Assembly (NCBI GenBank): GCA_963720465.1
Contig: OY970393.1
Location: forward strand, 1,632,001-1,696,000
Source: Methanobacteriota archaeon
GTDB lineage: Archaea > Halobacteriota > Bog-38 > Methanoflorentales > Methanoflorentaceae
Reading direction: 5' to 3'
Length of the DNA: 64,000 nucleotides
Both the position numbers and the translations under genes were made by a program. Below the pieces are notes generated by a model that saw nothing but the letters and a program-made list of their open reading frames with translations, ran no database searches and was not told the origin of the DNA. Below are positions 41,764 through 51,288 of this stretch, piece by piece. The stretch's first letter is position 1. Every line of letters begins with the position of its first letter.

Positions 41764-42060
41764 ATGGTGGAAAAAAAAAGACATCCTAGTGTGCCGAGAG
41801 CTTCTGTGAGTCACGAGAAGGACGCCTACACGATCGAAGTCGAACTGCCCGGCGTGGATAAGAAAGACGTCGAATTTGAAGCCTCCAAGCACAGTTTCTC
41901 TGTCAGAGCGCCGAGAGATGACAAGAAATACTCCTGGAGCTGGCCACTTGCGCACGCCGTTGACCCAGACAAGGCAAACGCTACGTTCAGTGATGGACTT
42001 TTGAGGGCTACGCTACCGATCGTAGAACGTGAGAAAGGCGCAAAAATACCAGTAATGTAA
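41764..42060 (+). CDS. Hsp20/alpha-crystallin small heat-shock protein
   Basis: IEVELPGVDKKDV...VDPDKANATFSDGLL. Confidence 0.88.
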   Translation: MVEKKRHPSVPRASVSHEKDAYTIEVELPGVDKKDVEFEASKHSFSVRAPRDDKKYSWSWPLAHAVDPDKANATFSDGLLRATLPIVEREKGAKIPVM

Positions 42061-42668
42061 GCTTGAAACGATGGGCCCGCAAAGGGCTTGTCAATCTTTT
42101 TTTGTCTCTAGCGCAAACGCGGCGATTGCGCAGTGCTCCGTACATCCCGCCCGCGCACGTATCGTGGCTTCTGAGACTTTTGATAGTTGCTCAAGGCGCG
42201 AATATATGAGGTTGCGGCGTGCGCTATGCGCGCAAAACCTTCGGCATCGCTTTTGAGGTGTTAAGGCGGGAGATTGAAGCCTATGGCCGCGTAACGACCT
42301 TCGTTGCGTGAAAGGATTGTCAGAAGCTAGCCTTCTTGGGACGTTACTCGAGCTGTTTTAGTATCGAGTGGTATCAGCGGTCCAACTCCTTGTTCTCTGT
42401 CTTCAGTTTGTCGTTCTCCTTTTTCAGGCGTGTGCACATCACCTGTCGCAGCGCAGCGCGCTCTATTCCCTCGATGAGCACACTGCTTTTGCGTATTTCT
42501 CCTTCGTGATCTTTTTTTTCGTTGCGTAAACCTTATTGTCCCCCGTGCGCTACACGCTAATACGTAAGGCCATCGAACTATCGCGCATACATCCTTCTTT
42601 TTGCCGCCTCCGAAAATCTGGCTCCGAGAATCGCAATCGTTATGCGGAAACGACGCGGTGTAAGATGT

Positions 42669-42839
42669 ATGCGATCGATCTGCACGCACAAAATAAACGT
42701 TCAAAGCGCGAAAGCGTCGCACGCGTATCCGATTATCAGATTGCCGCGCGAGTATCGCGAACTAGCCGGTGCGGCTGCGACAATTTACAAAAACGACGCA
42801 CAATGCTGCGCGTTTCTAATCTTGTCTAAGTCGTGCTAA
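42669..42839 (+). pseudogene. YPxIRLP-family small ORF, copy 2 (truncated)
   Basis: MRSICTHKINVQSAKASHAYPIIRLPREYRELAGAAATIYK... Confidence 0.65.
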
Positions 42840-42887
42840 ATACTATGCCCGCATCTGGATATGCTCGTCAGATTCGCGGGTATTCGC

Positions 42888-42980
42888 TTATATCCATCCG
42901 GCCAGGTAGAAAGCCAAGAGGCCGAACATTAGCATGACGACTACGATTACCGCCATTACCTTGGTCTGGAGTGAGTTCAT
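42888..42980 (-). CDS. 30-aa single-TM peptide
   Basis: MNSLQTKVMAVIVVVMLMFGLLAFYLAGWI*; below the ORF-track cutoff. Confidence 0.5.
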   Translation of the reverse strand: MNSLQTKVMAVIVVVMLMFGLLAFYLAGWI

Positions 42981-43095
42981 TTTACACACTTCGCTTAAAG
43001 ATCTACTCGTGCCGTTACCTGAAAAAACATTTGCTTACGCTAGTACTACAATATCAATAGCTTAATACGAAACAAGGCTGTATATCTCGGTTTGT

Positions 43096-43518
43096 ATGCC
43101 GCTATCACGTATGTCTATCACGTTACCCGTCGAACTGTTAGACGCCATCATCAAACGTGCGGAGCGCGATAACGTAACCCGTTCTGCCCTAACGATTAAA
43201 GCTCTGACTGCCTATCTCGAAGATCGCATTGTCGAACCTGATACACAAGATAATATTGAAGTAATACGCCTGCGTGCAACCTTGCAAGGTAAAGACGAAA
43301 TTATTCACCGCGCTGACGAAACAATAGACGCATTAAGGTTAGCTTTGAATATGCGCGACTTAAAAGGCGAGCTCCGCGAGATAAAGGGCGATAAGGCGGA
43401 TCGCGACATGAAAAACTATAATTTACAATTCTTAGAAGCAAATAACAGCGCCAACGATTCTATTAAGGAAATAAAGCGCCCGAGTCGCGATTTGAACCCG
43501 AGTCGGAGCCTCGACTGA
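43096..43518 (+). CDS. Ribbon-helix-helix + coiled-coil protein ending in an antisense tRNA fragment (Int(N)-like)
   Basis: RMSITLPVELLDAI...VTRSALTIKALTAYL RHH; C-terminal KRPSRDLNPSRSLD* is the antisense translation of a tRNA 3' half. Confidence 0.75.
   Translation: MPLSRMSITLPVELLDAIIKRAERDNVTRSALTIKALTAYLEDRIVEPDTQDNIEVIRLRATLQGKDEIIHRADETIDALRLALNMRDLKGELREIKGDKADRDMKNYNLQFLEANNSANDSIKEIKRPSRDLNPSRSLD
43477..43515 (-). mobile_element. Orphan 3' half of tRNA-Asp(GTC), att-like
   Basis: GTC GA GGCTC CGAC TCGGG TTCAAAT CGCGA CTCGGGC G: anticodon, variable loop, T-arm (1 mismatch), acceptor 3' strand and G discriminator. No 5' half. Confidence 0.8.
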
Positions 43519-43590
43519 CGCAATAATAGCCACTGCGATGCTAAATGGCCTAAAAAAGGCGCTTGTGGATAAAGGCGATGTGAGCCGCGC

Positions 43591-43812
43591 TCACATCTTC
43601 TCTACCCACGTTTTCAGCGTCTTGAGCATGTCGTTTTGGTGCTCTATGTGCTTCATCTTAATTTCGTTCATTAGAACGCGCTGGTCGAGCGCCATCATCG
43701 CGAGTGCCTTTTTCGCTTCGTCGGGAAGCTTGTCCCAAATCGTCTTCATCATCATTCCGGCTTTTTCCAAGCCCTCTATATCCGGCATTGGTAAACCTTC
43801 AGGTTTGTCCAT
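43591..43812 (-). CDS. Small Met-rich helical protein (73 aa)
   Basis: GMMMKTIWDKLPDEAKKALAMMALDQRV...; 11 Met; GGAG RBS. Confidence 0.65.
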   Translation of the reverse strand: MDKPEGLPMPDIEGLEKAGMMMKTIWDKLPDEAKKALAMMALDQRVLMNEIKMKHIEHQNDMLKTLKTWVEKM

Positions 43813-43942
43813 TGTATTTCAACTCCTTTGTGACGCCTTTCACGGGCGACATTCGAGATATTCAGACTGAGGTGAAACACGTTTCCCTTTTTTTTCTACA
43901 AAAGCAATTCCAATTTTGCTTTTTTTCGCGACTCAATTGCAG

Positions 43943-44190
43943 GCTGTATTCCCCCGACTTCAGAATGTCGCCCCCTGGTCGCTGAAGCCTATGAGAAAGA
44001 CCACCGGGGTTTGGATGTGGCATTTGACGAGTTGGATCGGTCGTACTCTTCACGCGACCCTCAAAAACAGCTAGGGCCACCGCCGCGTTTCGTTTTCATC
44101 TCAACATGCACTTCGACAAGGAAGACACGCACCTCTACCGGCTTTTTCAAGGAACGCGTCCCCTTGCCCGAGCAAGGGAGGGCAGTGTGT
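43943..44190 (+). pseudogene. Hemerythrin-like (HHE) domain fragment
   Basis: Across frameshifts: VAEAYEKDHRGLDVAFDEL...TARATAAFRFHLNMHFDKEDTHLYRL / FKERVPLPEQG, with HxxxHxxxE. Confidence 0.6.
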
Positions 44191-44355
44191 CCCTATGATA
44201 GGCCGCCACACAGTTTAGATTGTCAAGGTAAATAATGAAAGCTGTCTGTTGATGGCCCTTATAATCTTATATATTCTGGCTGTCAATTTTAGCGCAGGAG
44301 CTCGAACTGCTTGGGTTCGTTGACATACGCCGCATCGGGGCCGCAAGCACGTGGA

Positions 44356-46377
44356 TCACGAAGTCTGTTGCTGTGCCTGTTCTGAGTTCAATTTGCTCTT
44401 AAGCAATTCATGCAGTTTTTCCGCACCAATGATCTCTGTATGACCCAGCTCCCATTCTGCAGGACACAGCACAAACGGCGAGCATTGGGTGCCACCTAAA
44501 CCGCCGTGACTCCCGATTAGCTCTTCGAACGCGGCGATCTCGTCGCTTTGAGGGTCGTAGAAGCTATTGACCAAGATGTCAGGCGCGTGCCGGAAGCCGT
44601 CCGTGCGCCGCAAGTGGTCAGCTGCGTGTGGGCCAAAATTAGCGAGCGGGTCCTCTCCTTCGAAATGATCGTCCCGCAGAAAGTACGTGCCGTGGCTGCC
44701 AACGATAAGAGGTCCGTGCGCATTCGATCGCACCATGACGAAACCTATCCACTCTTGCCTGATAAGTCCTGGGATGAGCAGGGGGAAGGCGCTACTAATC
44801 TGCTCGTAGCTCATGCGCTCCTGACAATCTGTGAGGTAGATCAGACCCAAATTGCCCGAAGCCAATATTATAGCCTGTGCCTCTTCACGACGCGTGGAGC
44901 GCTCTTTTTCCTTGCGTCTGACTAAGTCAACGAGTGGCGACGTTTTTTGCGTCACGTAGTCCTTTCGCTGAAGAAAGGGATCAGCTACGGCTTGGCCAAA
45001 GTGGTCTAGATTTGAGTCAAGGGCGCTATATATTTTGACCCCGTCACCCATCAAATGCCTCACTAAACTTTCGAGATCGTGGCCAGAGCGCTGCTTGAAC
45101 GTCGCGCCGTTCGCTTGGCCATGATCAGAGAGCACGACCAACTGATAAGGACGTGGCGCGTAGCCTGTCGCTAGCTCAAGTCGGTGAAACTGTTTATCTA
45201 GCTGCTTGAGTGCGCGAAGTGAGGCGCTGTCTGAAATTCCGTTGTGGTGTGCTATTTCATCGTACGCAACGTAAGTCGCATACGCCACATCGATGCGCCC
45301 CGCAATCAGGTCACCGACCAACGTATCAGTAGTGACCTCGCGCAAAAAAACGTTCGCAGCGGCGCGGGTCAAGTAGTAAATAAAAAGCCCCTTGATCAGG
45401 CGTGGCTTCACTCTGAAAACGAGTTGCCGCACGCGACCTACGAACTCTTCGAAGATGTCCCAGAAAAAAAGCGCGATAATACGCGGGATGTTTGAGGGGT
45501 TTGAGTACAAATAGAGCCATGATTTGGTGTAGAAGTGCCTCATCTCCTTCAATCGACTGAAGGTGAAGATATTGTCTGCAGCGTCTCCTGAAAAGAGATT
45601 TGTACGGCTCGCGCCGTTTTTTACCAGAAGCCCCCGCCTATTCGAAATTCGCGTTTCGATTTCAGGCGCGTCAGAGAGGCCCGTCGATACCATGATTCTG
45701 TTGCCGTGTTCTTTTTCGACCCACCGAAATGCTGGAAGATCTTGGTTATGTCCGTGCAAGATGCCCGCTTGGCTGGCGCCGGTTTGACTGGACAAGTCCG
45801 TTTCCCACGGGGTAATGCTATGGCTTCCACTCGCGAGCCATTTGGCGAGCGTCGGCAGGTATCCATTGTTGATCGCTCCGCGAAGTACCGATTCAGCAAG
45901 GCCGTCGATCTCCAAGAATACAGTGCCTTTGCGCTCTGTCCGAATCGCTCTTACGGTCTTCTTGATCTCTCTGCGTAGAATGTTGCGGTAATACCACGCA
46001 TCATCGTTGTTTGTAAGCAGGCTAGCGAGAACTACGTTAATCGCTGTTAACCCCATCGCCGTCAAAACAAGGGCAAGTCCTTCGACGCTGGCGCCTGGCA
46101 CCAGCTTGCTTGTAAACCAAATTAACAACGCATTGAGCAGCAGCACTCCTATTCCAAAGGTGTACGTCAAGAACCGCAGCGTCGATTGCGTCAATATCGG
46201 CCACAGAAGTGCGTTAGCAATTCCTAGAACCACTACTAAGGCGAGTGCTGCGGCAAAACTGTTAAGGCTCAGTCCTGGAATCACGTGTGCCAGAAGTGTG
46301 AGGCCGGCAGCTTCGCCGACCCACACTACGAGCGTACGATACAAGAAACGCCAATTGCGTTTCGTTTTGTCTTCCAT
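44356..46377 (-). CDS. 4-TM 'phage holin 4_2/DUF360' domain fused to an alkaline-phosphatase-superfamily phosphodiesterase
   Basis: N-terminal ANALLWPIL...TFGIGVLLLNA; FLEIDGL, SQTGASQAGILHG, YDEIAHH, LSDHGQ, GSHGGLGG. Confidence 0.85.
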   Translation of the reverse strand: MEDKTKRNWRFLYRTLVVWVGEAAGLTLLAHVIPGLSLNSFAAALALVVVLGIANALLWPILTQSTLRFLTYTFGIGVLLLNALLIWFTSKLVPGASVEGLALVLTAMGLTAINVVLASLLTNNDDAWYYRNILRREIKKTVRAIRTERKGTVFLEIDGLAESVLRGAINNGYLPTLAKWLASGSHSITPWETDLSSQTGASQAGILHGHNQDLPAFRWVEKEHGNRIMVSTGLSDAPEIETRISNRRGLLVKNGASRTNLFSGDAADNIFTFSRLKEMRHFYTKSWLYLYSNPSNIPRIIALFFWDIFEEFVGRVRQLVFRVKPRLIKGLFIYYLTRAAANVFLREVTTDTLVGDLIAGRIDVAYATYVAYDEIAHHNGISDSASLRALKQLDKQFHRLELATGYAPRPYQLVVLSDHGQANGATFKQRSGHDLESLVRHLMGDGVKIYSALDSNLDHFGQAVADPFLQRKDYVTQKTSPLVDLVRRKEKERSTRREEAQAIILASGNLGLIYLTDCQERMSYEQISSAFPLLIPGLIRQEWIGFVMVRSNAHGPLIVGSHGTYFLRDDHFEGEDPLANFGPHAADHLRRTDGFRHAPDILVNSFYDPQSDEIAAFEELIGSHGGLGGTQCSPFVLCPAEWELGHTEIIGAEKLHELLKSKLNSEQAQQQTS

Positions 46378-46384
46378 TGACGTT

Positions 46385-47233
46385 CTATCCTGCGCAGGCT
46401 AAAGTAAAAATCGTGATCTCAGGTGGGCAATTAACCCGTAACCAGAGCACGTTGGTGCCGAGGCCGCGACTTGTGTACTGGACCATGTCGCCGATTTGAT
46501 ATCGCCCTAGCGGGTATTTCCTGGCGTGCGGCGCTCGCACCAAAGTCCCGATACCAGGCATGATGAGTTGCCCGCCGTGCGAGTGACCCGATATCTGCAG
46601 GCTAAATCGTCCCGTTGTTGCGCTAACGTCGGCGAAATCTGGTTCATGAGCCAACAGAATCGCGGGGCCCGACGGCGGAAGTTTGGCGAGCACAACGTCC
46701 AAGCGATGTTTGTTGAGCATAACGCTATCGACGCCGGCGATGTGCAACGCTGCGTCCCCTCGACGCACCGAGTGAACGTCATTGCTCACGTCGAGGATAT
46801 CGCTGCGTCTCAGTATCTCTCGCACCGCTGCCTCGCCGACCCAGTGGTCGTGATTCCCAAGGACCGCGACGCTTACGTCCTTTGGACATAGCCTGCTCAG
46901 TGATCGCACCATTTCCTCCGAAAGCCGATCAACCTCGTACGAGAAGAGGTCACCGATAATGGCGACAAGGTCAGGTTGCTGCTCGTTGATCAGGCCAACC
47001 ACGCCGTCGAAGCGCGCAGGGCTGATCCACTGGCCTAAATGGATATCGGCGATGCTGGCGATCTTATACCCGTCGAACGCTGCGGCCAAGTCAGGAATAG
47101 TTACAGACACCGGCTCGATTTGAAAGGCGCTCGGCTCGAAGCGATCGCTGCCTATCTTTTCCGACAACCTCGCCATTGTAAGCTGTAGATTTCGCCTGAA
47201 GGCGCGATGTCGCGTGTAGCGATGCCTCTTCAT
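46385..47233 (-). CDS. Metallophosphoesterase (YkuE-like)
   Basis: ADIH, GD, GNHD, AHEPD, SGHSHGGQ, SRGLG. Confidence 0.9.
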   Translation of the reverse strand: MKRHRYTRHRAFRRNLQLTMARLSEKIGSDRFEPSAFQIEPVSVTIPDLAAAFDGYKIASIADIHLGQWISPARFDGVVGLINEQQPDLVAIIGDLFSYEVDRLSEEMVRSLSRLCPKDVSVAVLGNHDHWVGEAAVREILRRSDILDVSNDVHSVRRGDAALHIAGVDSVMLNKHRLDVVLAKLPPSGPAILLAHEPDFADVSATTGRFSLQISGHSHGGQLIMPGIGTLVRAPHARKYPLGRYQIGDMVQYTSRGLGTNVLWLRVNCPPEITIFTLACAG

Positions 47234-47502
47234 TGTTCTGTTTCTCTGCTTGTGGCTCGTCAACTTCATAGAGCAGTGTTTCATGTGATAAGCGCATTTT
47301 AAGTTTTTTTGGTTCTTGGCGCGCAGGGACGGGACACGCAACACGAAAAATGGGATTGGTTTCACTCGATGGCATCTGAAAGAGTTTTAGCCGTGGTGTT
47401 TGAAATTTACCAGTGCATTTCCTACGAAATCTGCTCCCAGTTATTGGGCGGTGGCTAACTCGTTAGCTGGCGACAAAGCGGAACGCTCGCTAAAAAAAGG
47501 CG

Positions 47503-47579
47503 TTAAAGCAACCCTGAAAACAGGCGCGAGATTGACTCTCTCAGCTTGATTGCCACACTTCGGCTCACATAGCGTTCTG
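47503..47579 (-). pseudogene. 3'-terminal remnant of a second cardiolipin synthase gene
   Basis: ERYVSRSVAIKLRESISRLFSGLL* vs the cls end ERYANRSVIIKLKESIARLFSGLL*. Confidence 0.85.
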
Positions 47580-47766
47580 CTTCCGTTGTTTATCGTCAGA
47601 TTATGATTTGTTGTGGTTTTATAGATGCTGGCGTTAAGCTTCGGCTGATAAGACGTAGTGGAAGCATCAGCCGTGAAGCTGCCGCACAGAACTATCTTTG
47701 TAGATTTCGAGCACGGAAATAGCAAGCTTTTCTGCGTCGTGTGCACACATCACCTGCTGCAACACG

Positions 47767-48417
47767 TCAATGATCTGGCGAACGATGTGCTCTAACGCGT
47801 CTCGCAACCGTATAAAGTGTGAATATGACAGGCACAAGAACGAATACTAAAAAACTTCCTGCTGGACTTATAAAAGAAACCATAATTGCTATTATGGCCA
47901 AAACTGGCAATGAAAGGTTCGATCGCCTGATGAGGTCGGCATAAGGCAGCACTTTCTCAGCTACGAACCCCTTTTTCCAGGCATAAGAGCAGTTAGCGTA
48001 CCATAAAAGACCTATAATAAGCATGTTTACATCAAATATGACTTGTGCAAGCTGGAATTCACCATATTTACCAATAATTGACGTAGAAAATGGCACAATG
48101 GCAATTGACATGAGCCAGAGGATATTTATCCAGAGAAGCGTGGTGTTGCTGTGTTTTATTATGTAGAATAGGTGATGATCCATCCAAAAAACAGCCAGAA
48201 GGATGAAGCTGATAACGTAAACGAATATCTGCGGCAGAATACTTGTAACGTACGCGCTGAACGCAGCGGGAGTTACGGGGGCTTGTAGTGTGGGTACTGC
48301 GATACTCAAAACCAGCAACGTCATAGCTATGGCAAATATCCCATCTGTTAGCTGTTCAATTCTGCCCGTAGGAATTTTCAGCGCGGGTATTTCGTACCGG
48401 TGCATCGGCAACTGCAT
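47767..48417 (-). CDS. TMEM175/DUF1211 family ion channel
   Basis: RIEQLTDGIFAIAMTLLVL, YVISFILLAVFWMDHH, PFSTS. Confidence 0.9.
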   Translation of the reverse strand: MQLPMHRYEIPALKIPTGRIEQLTDGIFAIAMTLLVLSIAVPTLQAPVTPAAFSAYVTSILPQIFVYVISFILLAVFWMDHHLFYIIKHSNTTLLWINILWLMSIAIVPFSTSIIGKYGEFQLAQVIFDVNMLIIGLLWYANCSYAWKKGFVAEKVLPYADLIRRSNLSLPVLAIIAIMVSFISPAGSFLVFVLVPVIFTLYTVARRVRAHRSPDH

Positions 48418-48474
48418 GTAAATTCTATCGGCTTAAAGTTGCGGATTTGATGTGAAGGGCAGGGGAAGCCAATA

Positions 48475-48694
48475 ATTAAAAAAATATTTACTACTAAGAT
48501 ATCGCCTCAATCGTCCAATCCCACGTTTTGTTATCCAATCATTCGCTTGCCGAGACAGCTCAAAGAGCTGGCAGACATTTGCAAATATCTATCAAACAGA
48601 GATTGACGGCGTTCAAGGGTTTTTCGTTGCACTTCAATTAGACAAATTACACAAAAGCGTGGAAGGTACGGTTCAGGATGATCAAGAGCTATAA
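48475..48694 (+). pseudogene. YPxIRLP-family ORF, copy 3 (start lost, one frameshift), reading toward the tRNA fragment
   Basis: IKKIFTTKISPQSSNPTFCYPIIRLPRQLKELA(fs)ANIYQTEIDGVQGFFVAL...QEL*; the frame continues KAPIDQKRLKNQWARPDSNRRPP through the antisense tRNA. Confidence 0.7.
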
Positions 48695-48730
48695 AAAGCT
48701 CCAATCGACCAAAAAAGGCTAAAAAACCAA

Positions 48731-48777
48731 TGGGCTCGGCCGGATTCGAACCGACGACCTCCGCGGTGTGAAGACGG
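48731..48777 (-). mobile_element. Orphan 3' part of tRNA-Val(CAC), att-like
   Basis: CCGTC TTCACAC CGCGG AGGTC GTCGG TTCGAAT CCGGC CGAGCCC A, followed by a T-run; D-arm and acceptor 5' strand absent. Confidence 0.85.
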
Positions 48778-48810
48778 AGGATTCTGAGCTTTTTTAGGTT
48801 TTTCGTTACG

Positions 48811-49035
48811 CTAAATAACAACAAGAAAGGCGAGTGCCCCGTTGTGCACTGTTTGAAAGATCCTTGTTCGTAGCCCTGCAAGCATAGAGAACTTGTAGGG
48901 CAGCCGAATCGTTGGATAGCTGTAATCTGCTTTTGCGCAATGAAGCGAGATCTTGGTTTCGTGAACTTCGAGTAGCGCGTTTGTGTAGGGTCGCCGCGCA
49001 CCGTAATGTAATGGATAAGATTCGGCAGTTATCAT
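48811..49035 (-). CDS. YPxIRLP-family small ORF, copy 4, reading toward the tRNA fragment
   Basis: MITAESYP...LLEVHETKISLHCAKADYSYPTIRLPYKFSMLAGLRTRIFQTVHNGALAFLVVI*. Confidence 0.72.
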   Translation of the reverse strand: MITAESYPLHYGARRPYTNALLEVHETKISLHCAKADYSYPTIRLPYKFSMLAGLRTRIFQTVHNGALAFLVVI

Positions 49036-49594
49036 AATGGTGAAGAGGTTCACGCAGAGAGTTTAATCGTTGTGATTTGCACCGGGGCGTAGGCGAGTTT
49101 AGCGCTAAGGAAGATGTGCACTCAAATCACACCCTTTATCGGCTCTGCTTCTGCTTTTTAGGCGCGAAATCCTTACCGAGGCATGGAGTTAAATAATGGT
49201 TGATTGGAGCTCCGTTCTCGCAGCCCTATTGAGTGTCGGCGTGGGCACTGTCGTGACATATGTTGCGGCAGTGCGTTTAAACGCAAGCGCAAACAAACCA
49301 CTGGCTTCCCAGTGAAGATATCCGGACCACGTGCGATTGTTTCAGAACAACGGAAGCTTTTTAGACTGCTAACGTTCTAGTGAATATATTTGAGCGTTTC
49401 ACAACGTGTGCGGCACAGGCTTTGGCTCGCCTCGAGCGAACTAGCTACTTCAACCCCTTGCTCGTGAGTGCGCCGTTCAACGAAGGCCCCGCAAGAGACT
49501 CTTTCTTGAGCTGGCGGCGGCGTACGAGGCCAATACAAAACCGCAGCCTGACCAAACTCAGACGCGGATTCGAAAAATTGTCGAAATGACCAGC

Positions 49595-50995
49595 CTAGTA
49601 CAAGAGAGTGAGGTTCTCCTTGCCCTTTGCGCCTTCTTCTCGCTCAGCTTCTGACTGTTCGAGGCTTTGGTACGCCTTCATTACGTCGCTGAAGAGCAGC
49701 TCCACCATATCTCTGCTGAAGTTCTCCTTGATGACCATCCGCATCACGGCGACGTCCTGGGCGTTCTCGGGAAGATAGTATGCAGGCACGATCCAGCCTT
49801 CTTGCCGGAGCTTATCGGACAGCTGGAAGACCGTGAAAGGTGCATCCTTCAAACGAAATGCCACGAGAGGGAGTGTTTTTTGTTTGTTGATGATCTCAAA
49901 CTTGCCGGTATCGTTCAATTTTTCGGCGAGGTAATGGCCGTTGTTCATCATGTTCGTCATAATATCGGTGTAGCCGCTTCTGCCCAGCCGAATGAAGTTA
50001 TAGTATTGCGCGATAATGGTGCTGCTACTCTTAGAGAAGTTGAGCGAGTAGTTCGTCATCTCTCCTCCCAGGTAATTAATACGGAACACCAACTCGTCAG
50101 GGAGATCGTTTTTATCCTTCATGACGAGCCACCCGATGCCGGGGTAAACCAGGCCATATTTGTGCCCCGACGCGTTGATTGATCTCACCTGTTCGAGCCT
50201 AAAGTCCCATTCGAGATCGGGCCGGACGAACGGTGCGACAAACGCGCCGCTTGCCCCGTCGACGTGCAGGGGTATATCCCAGCCTTTCGTGTTCTTTATG
50301 TTAACGAGCAGGTCGTTGATCTCCTTGATCGGGTCCATCTGTCCGGTAAAGGTAGTACCGAGAACCGCGGCGACGCATATGGTATTTTCGTCAACTTGGG
50401 CAGCTACTTCATCGGCGCTGATAACGTACGTGTCCTCTTGGAGTGGAATCAGCTTCAGTTCGACGTCGAAGTAGCGGGCGCTTTTCTCCCACACCGTGTG
50501 GACGTCCGCCCCCATCACGATATTCGGGTTGTCGCACTGCTTTCCCTCTGCCTGTCGGCGCTTTCTCCAGGTCCACTTGTACGCTAACACAGCGAGCATG
50601 ATAGCCTCTGATGATCCTATGGTCGCAGTCCCGACGGATTCGCAGTCTTCAGGAGCGTTGAACAAGCGGGCTAGCATGTTTACCACGCGTTCCTGTATGA
50701 TTGTAGTCTGAGGGTACTCATCATTGTCGACGTAGTTCTTGTCGAGGCTTTCCGCGATGAGCTGGTTCGCCTCCGGCTCCATCCACGTGGTGACAAAGCT
50801 GGCAAGGTTTAGCGAGGGGTTTCCATCGAGGTTCAGCTCATCGTGAATGAGCTGGTAGGCGGCTTGGGCAGGCATCCCATTGTCAGGCATTACGTATTTC
50901 GGCACCGGTTCGCCGAAATAGCGACGGCCGTATGCCGTGGTGTGATCTGTCTCCGATTCTTTCTTCGTGCTTAGATCTACCTTCTTTGATAACAT
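49595..50995 (-). CDS. gadB: Glutamate decarboxylase (PLP-dependent)
   Basis: [44 protein letters not shown]. Confidence 0.94.
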   Translation of the reverse strand: MLSKKVDLSTKKESETDHTTAYGRRYFGEPVPKYVMPDNGMPAQAAYQLIHDELNLDGNPSLNLASFVTTWMEPEANQLIAESLDKNYVDNDEYPQTTIIQERVVNMLARLFNAPEDCESVGTATIGSSEAIMLAVLAYKWTWRKRRQAEGKQCDNPNIVMGADVHTVWEKSARYFDVELKLIPLQEDTYVISADEVAAQVDENTICVAAVLGTTFTGQMDPIKEINDLLVNIKNTKGWDIPLHVDGASGAFVAPFVRPDLEWDFRLEQVRSINASGHKYGLVYPGIGWLVMKDKNDLPDELVFRINYLGGEMTNYSLNFSKSSSTIIAQYYNFIRLGRSGYTDIMTNMMNNGHYLAEKLNDTGKFEIINKQKTLPLVAFRLKDAPFTVFQLSDKLRQEGWIVPAYYLPENAQDVAVMRMVIKENFSRDMVELLFSDVMKAYQSLEQSEAEREEGAKGKENLTLLY

Positions 50996-51288
50996 GAAAA
51001 TCTCCTTTTTGCATTAGAGCGGTCTTGTCTTTGATGGGGAGAACCCCCTCAGTTTCAGTCGAACGCTCCTGAGTCTGCCGTTTTCAATTTCGACTTAGCT
51101 CGAGCGCGTCCACGACCGTCGGGCAGAAAGTATAAACCGTCTTGCTTGTTAAGGTTTTTTGGTGTTTCCAGCGCCAATATTTAGGGATTCGACCTGACAA
51201 ATCAAAACGAATGTGGACGGGAAAAACGGGTGGGAGCGTTCACCTCCATATACGAGGATCCTAGTCTCTAGCTTGCTGCCTGAGGGTC

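Noticed and set aside
44356-46377. Prophage suggested by the 'holin' domain
   Set aside because: The domain is fused to a phosphodiesterase and there are no structural, terminase or lysin genes nearby.
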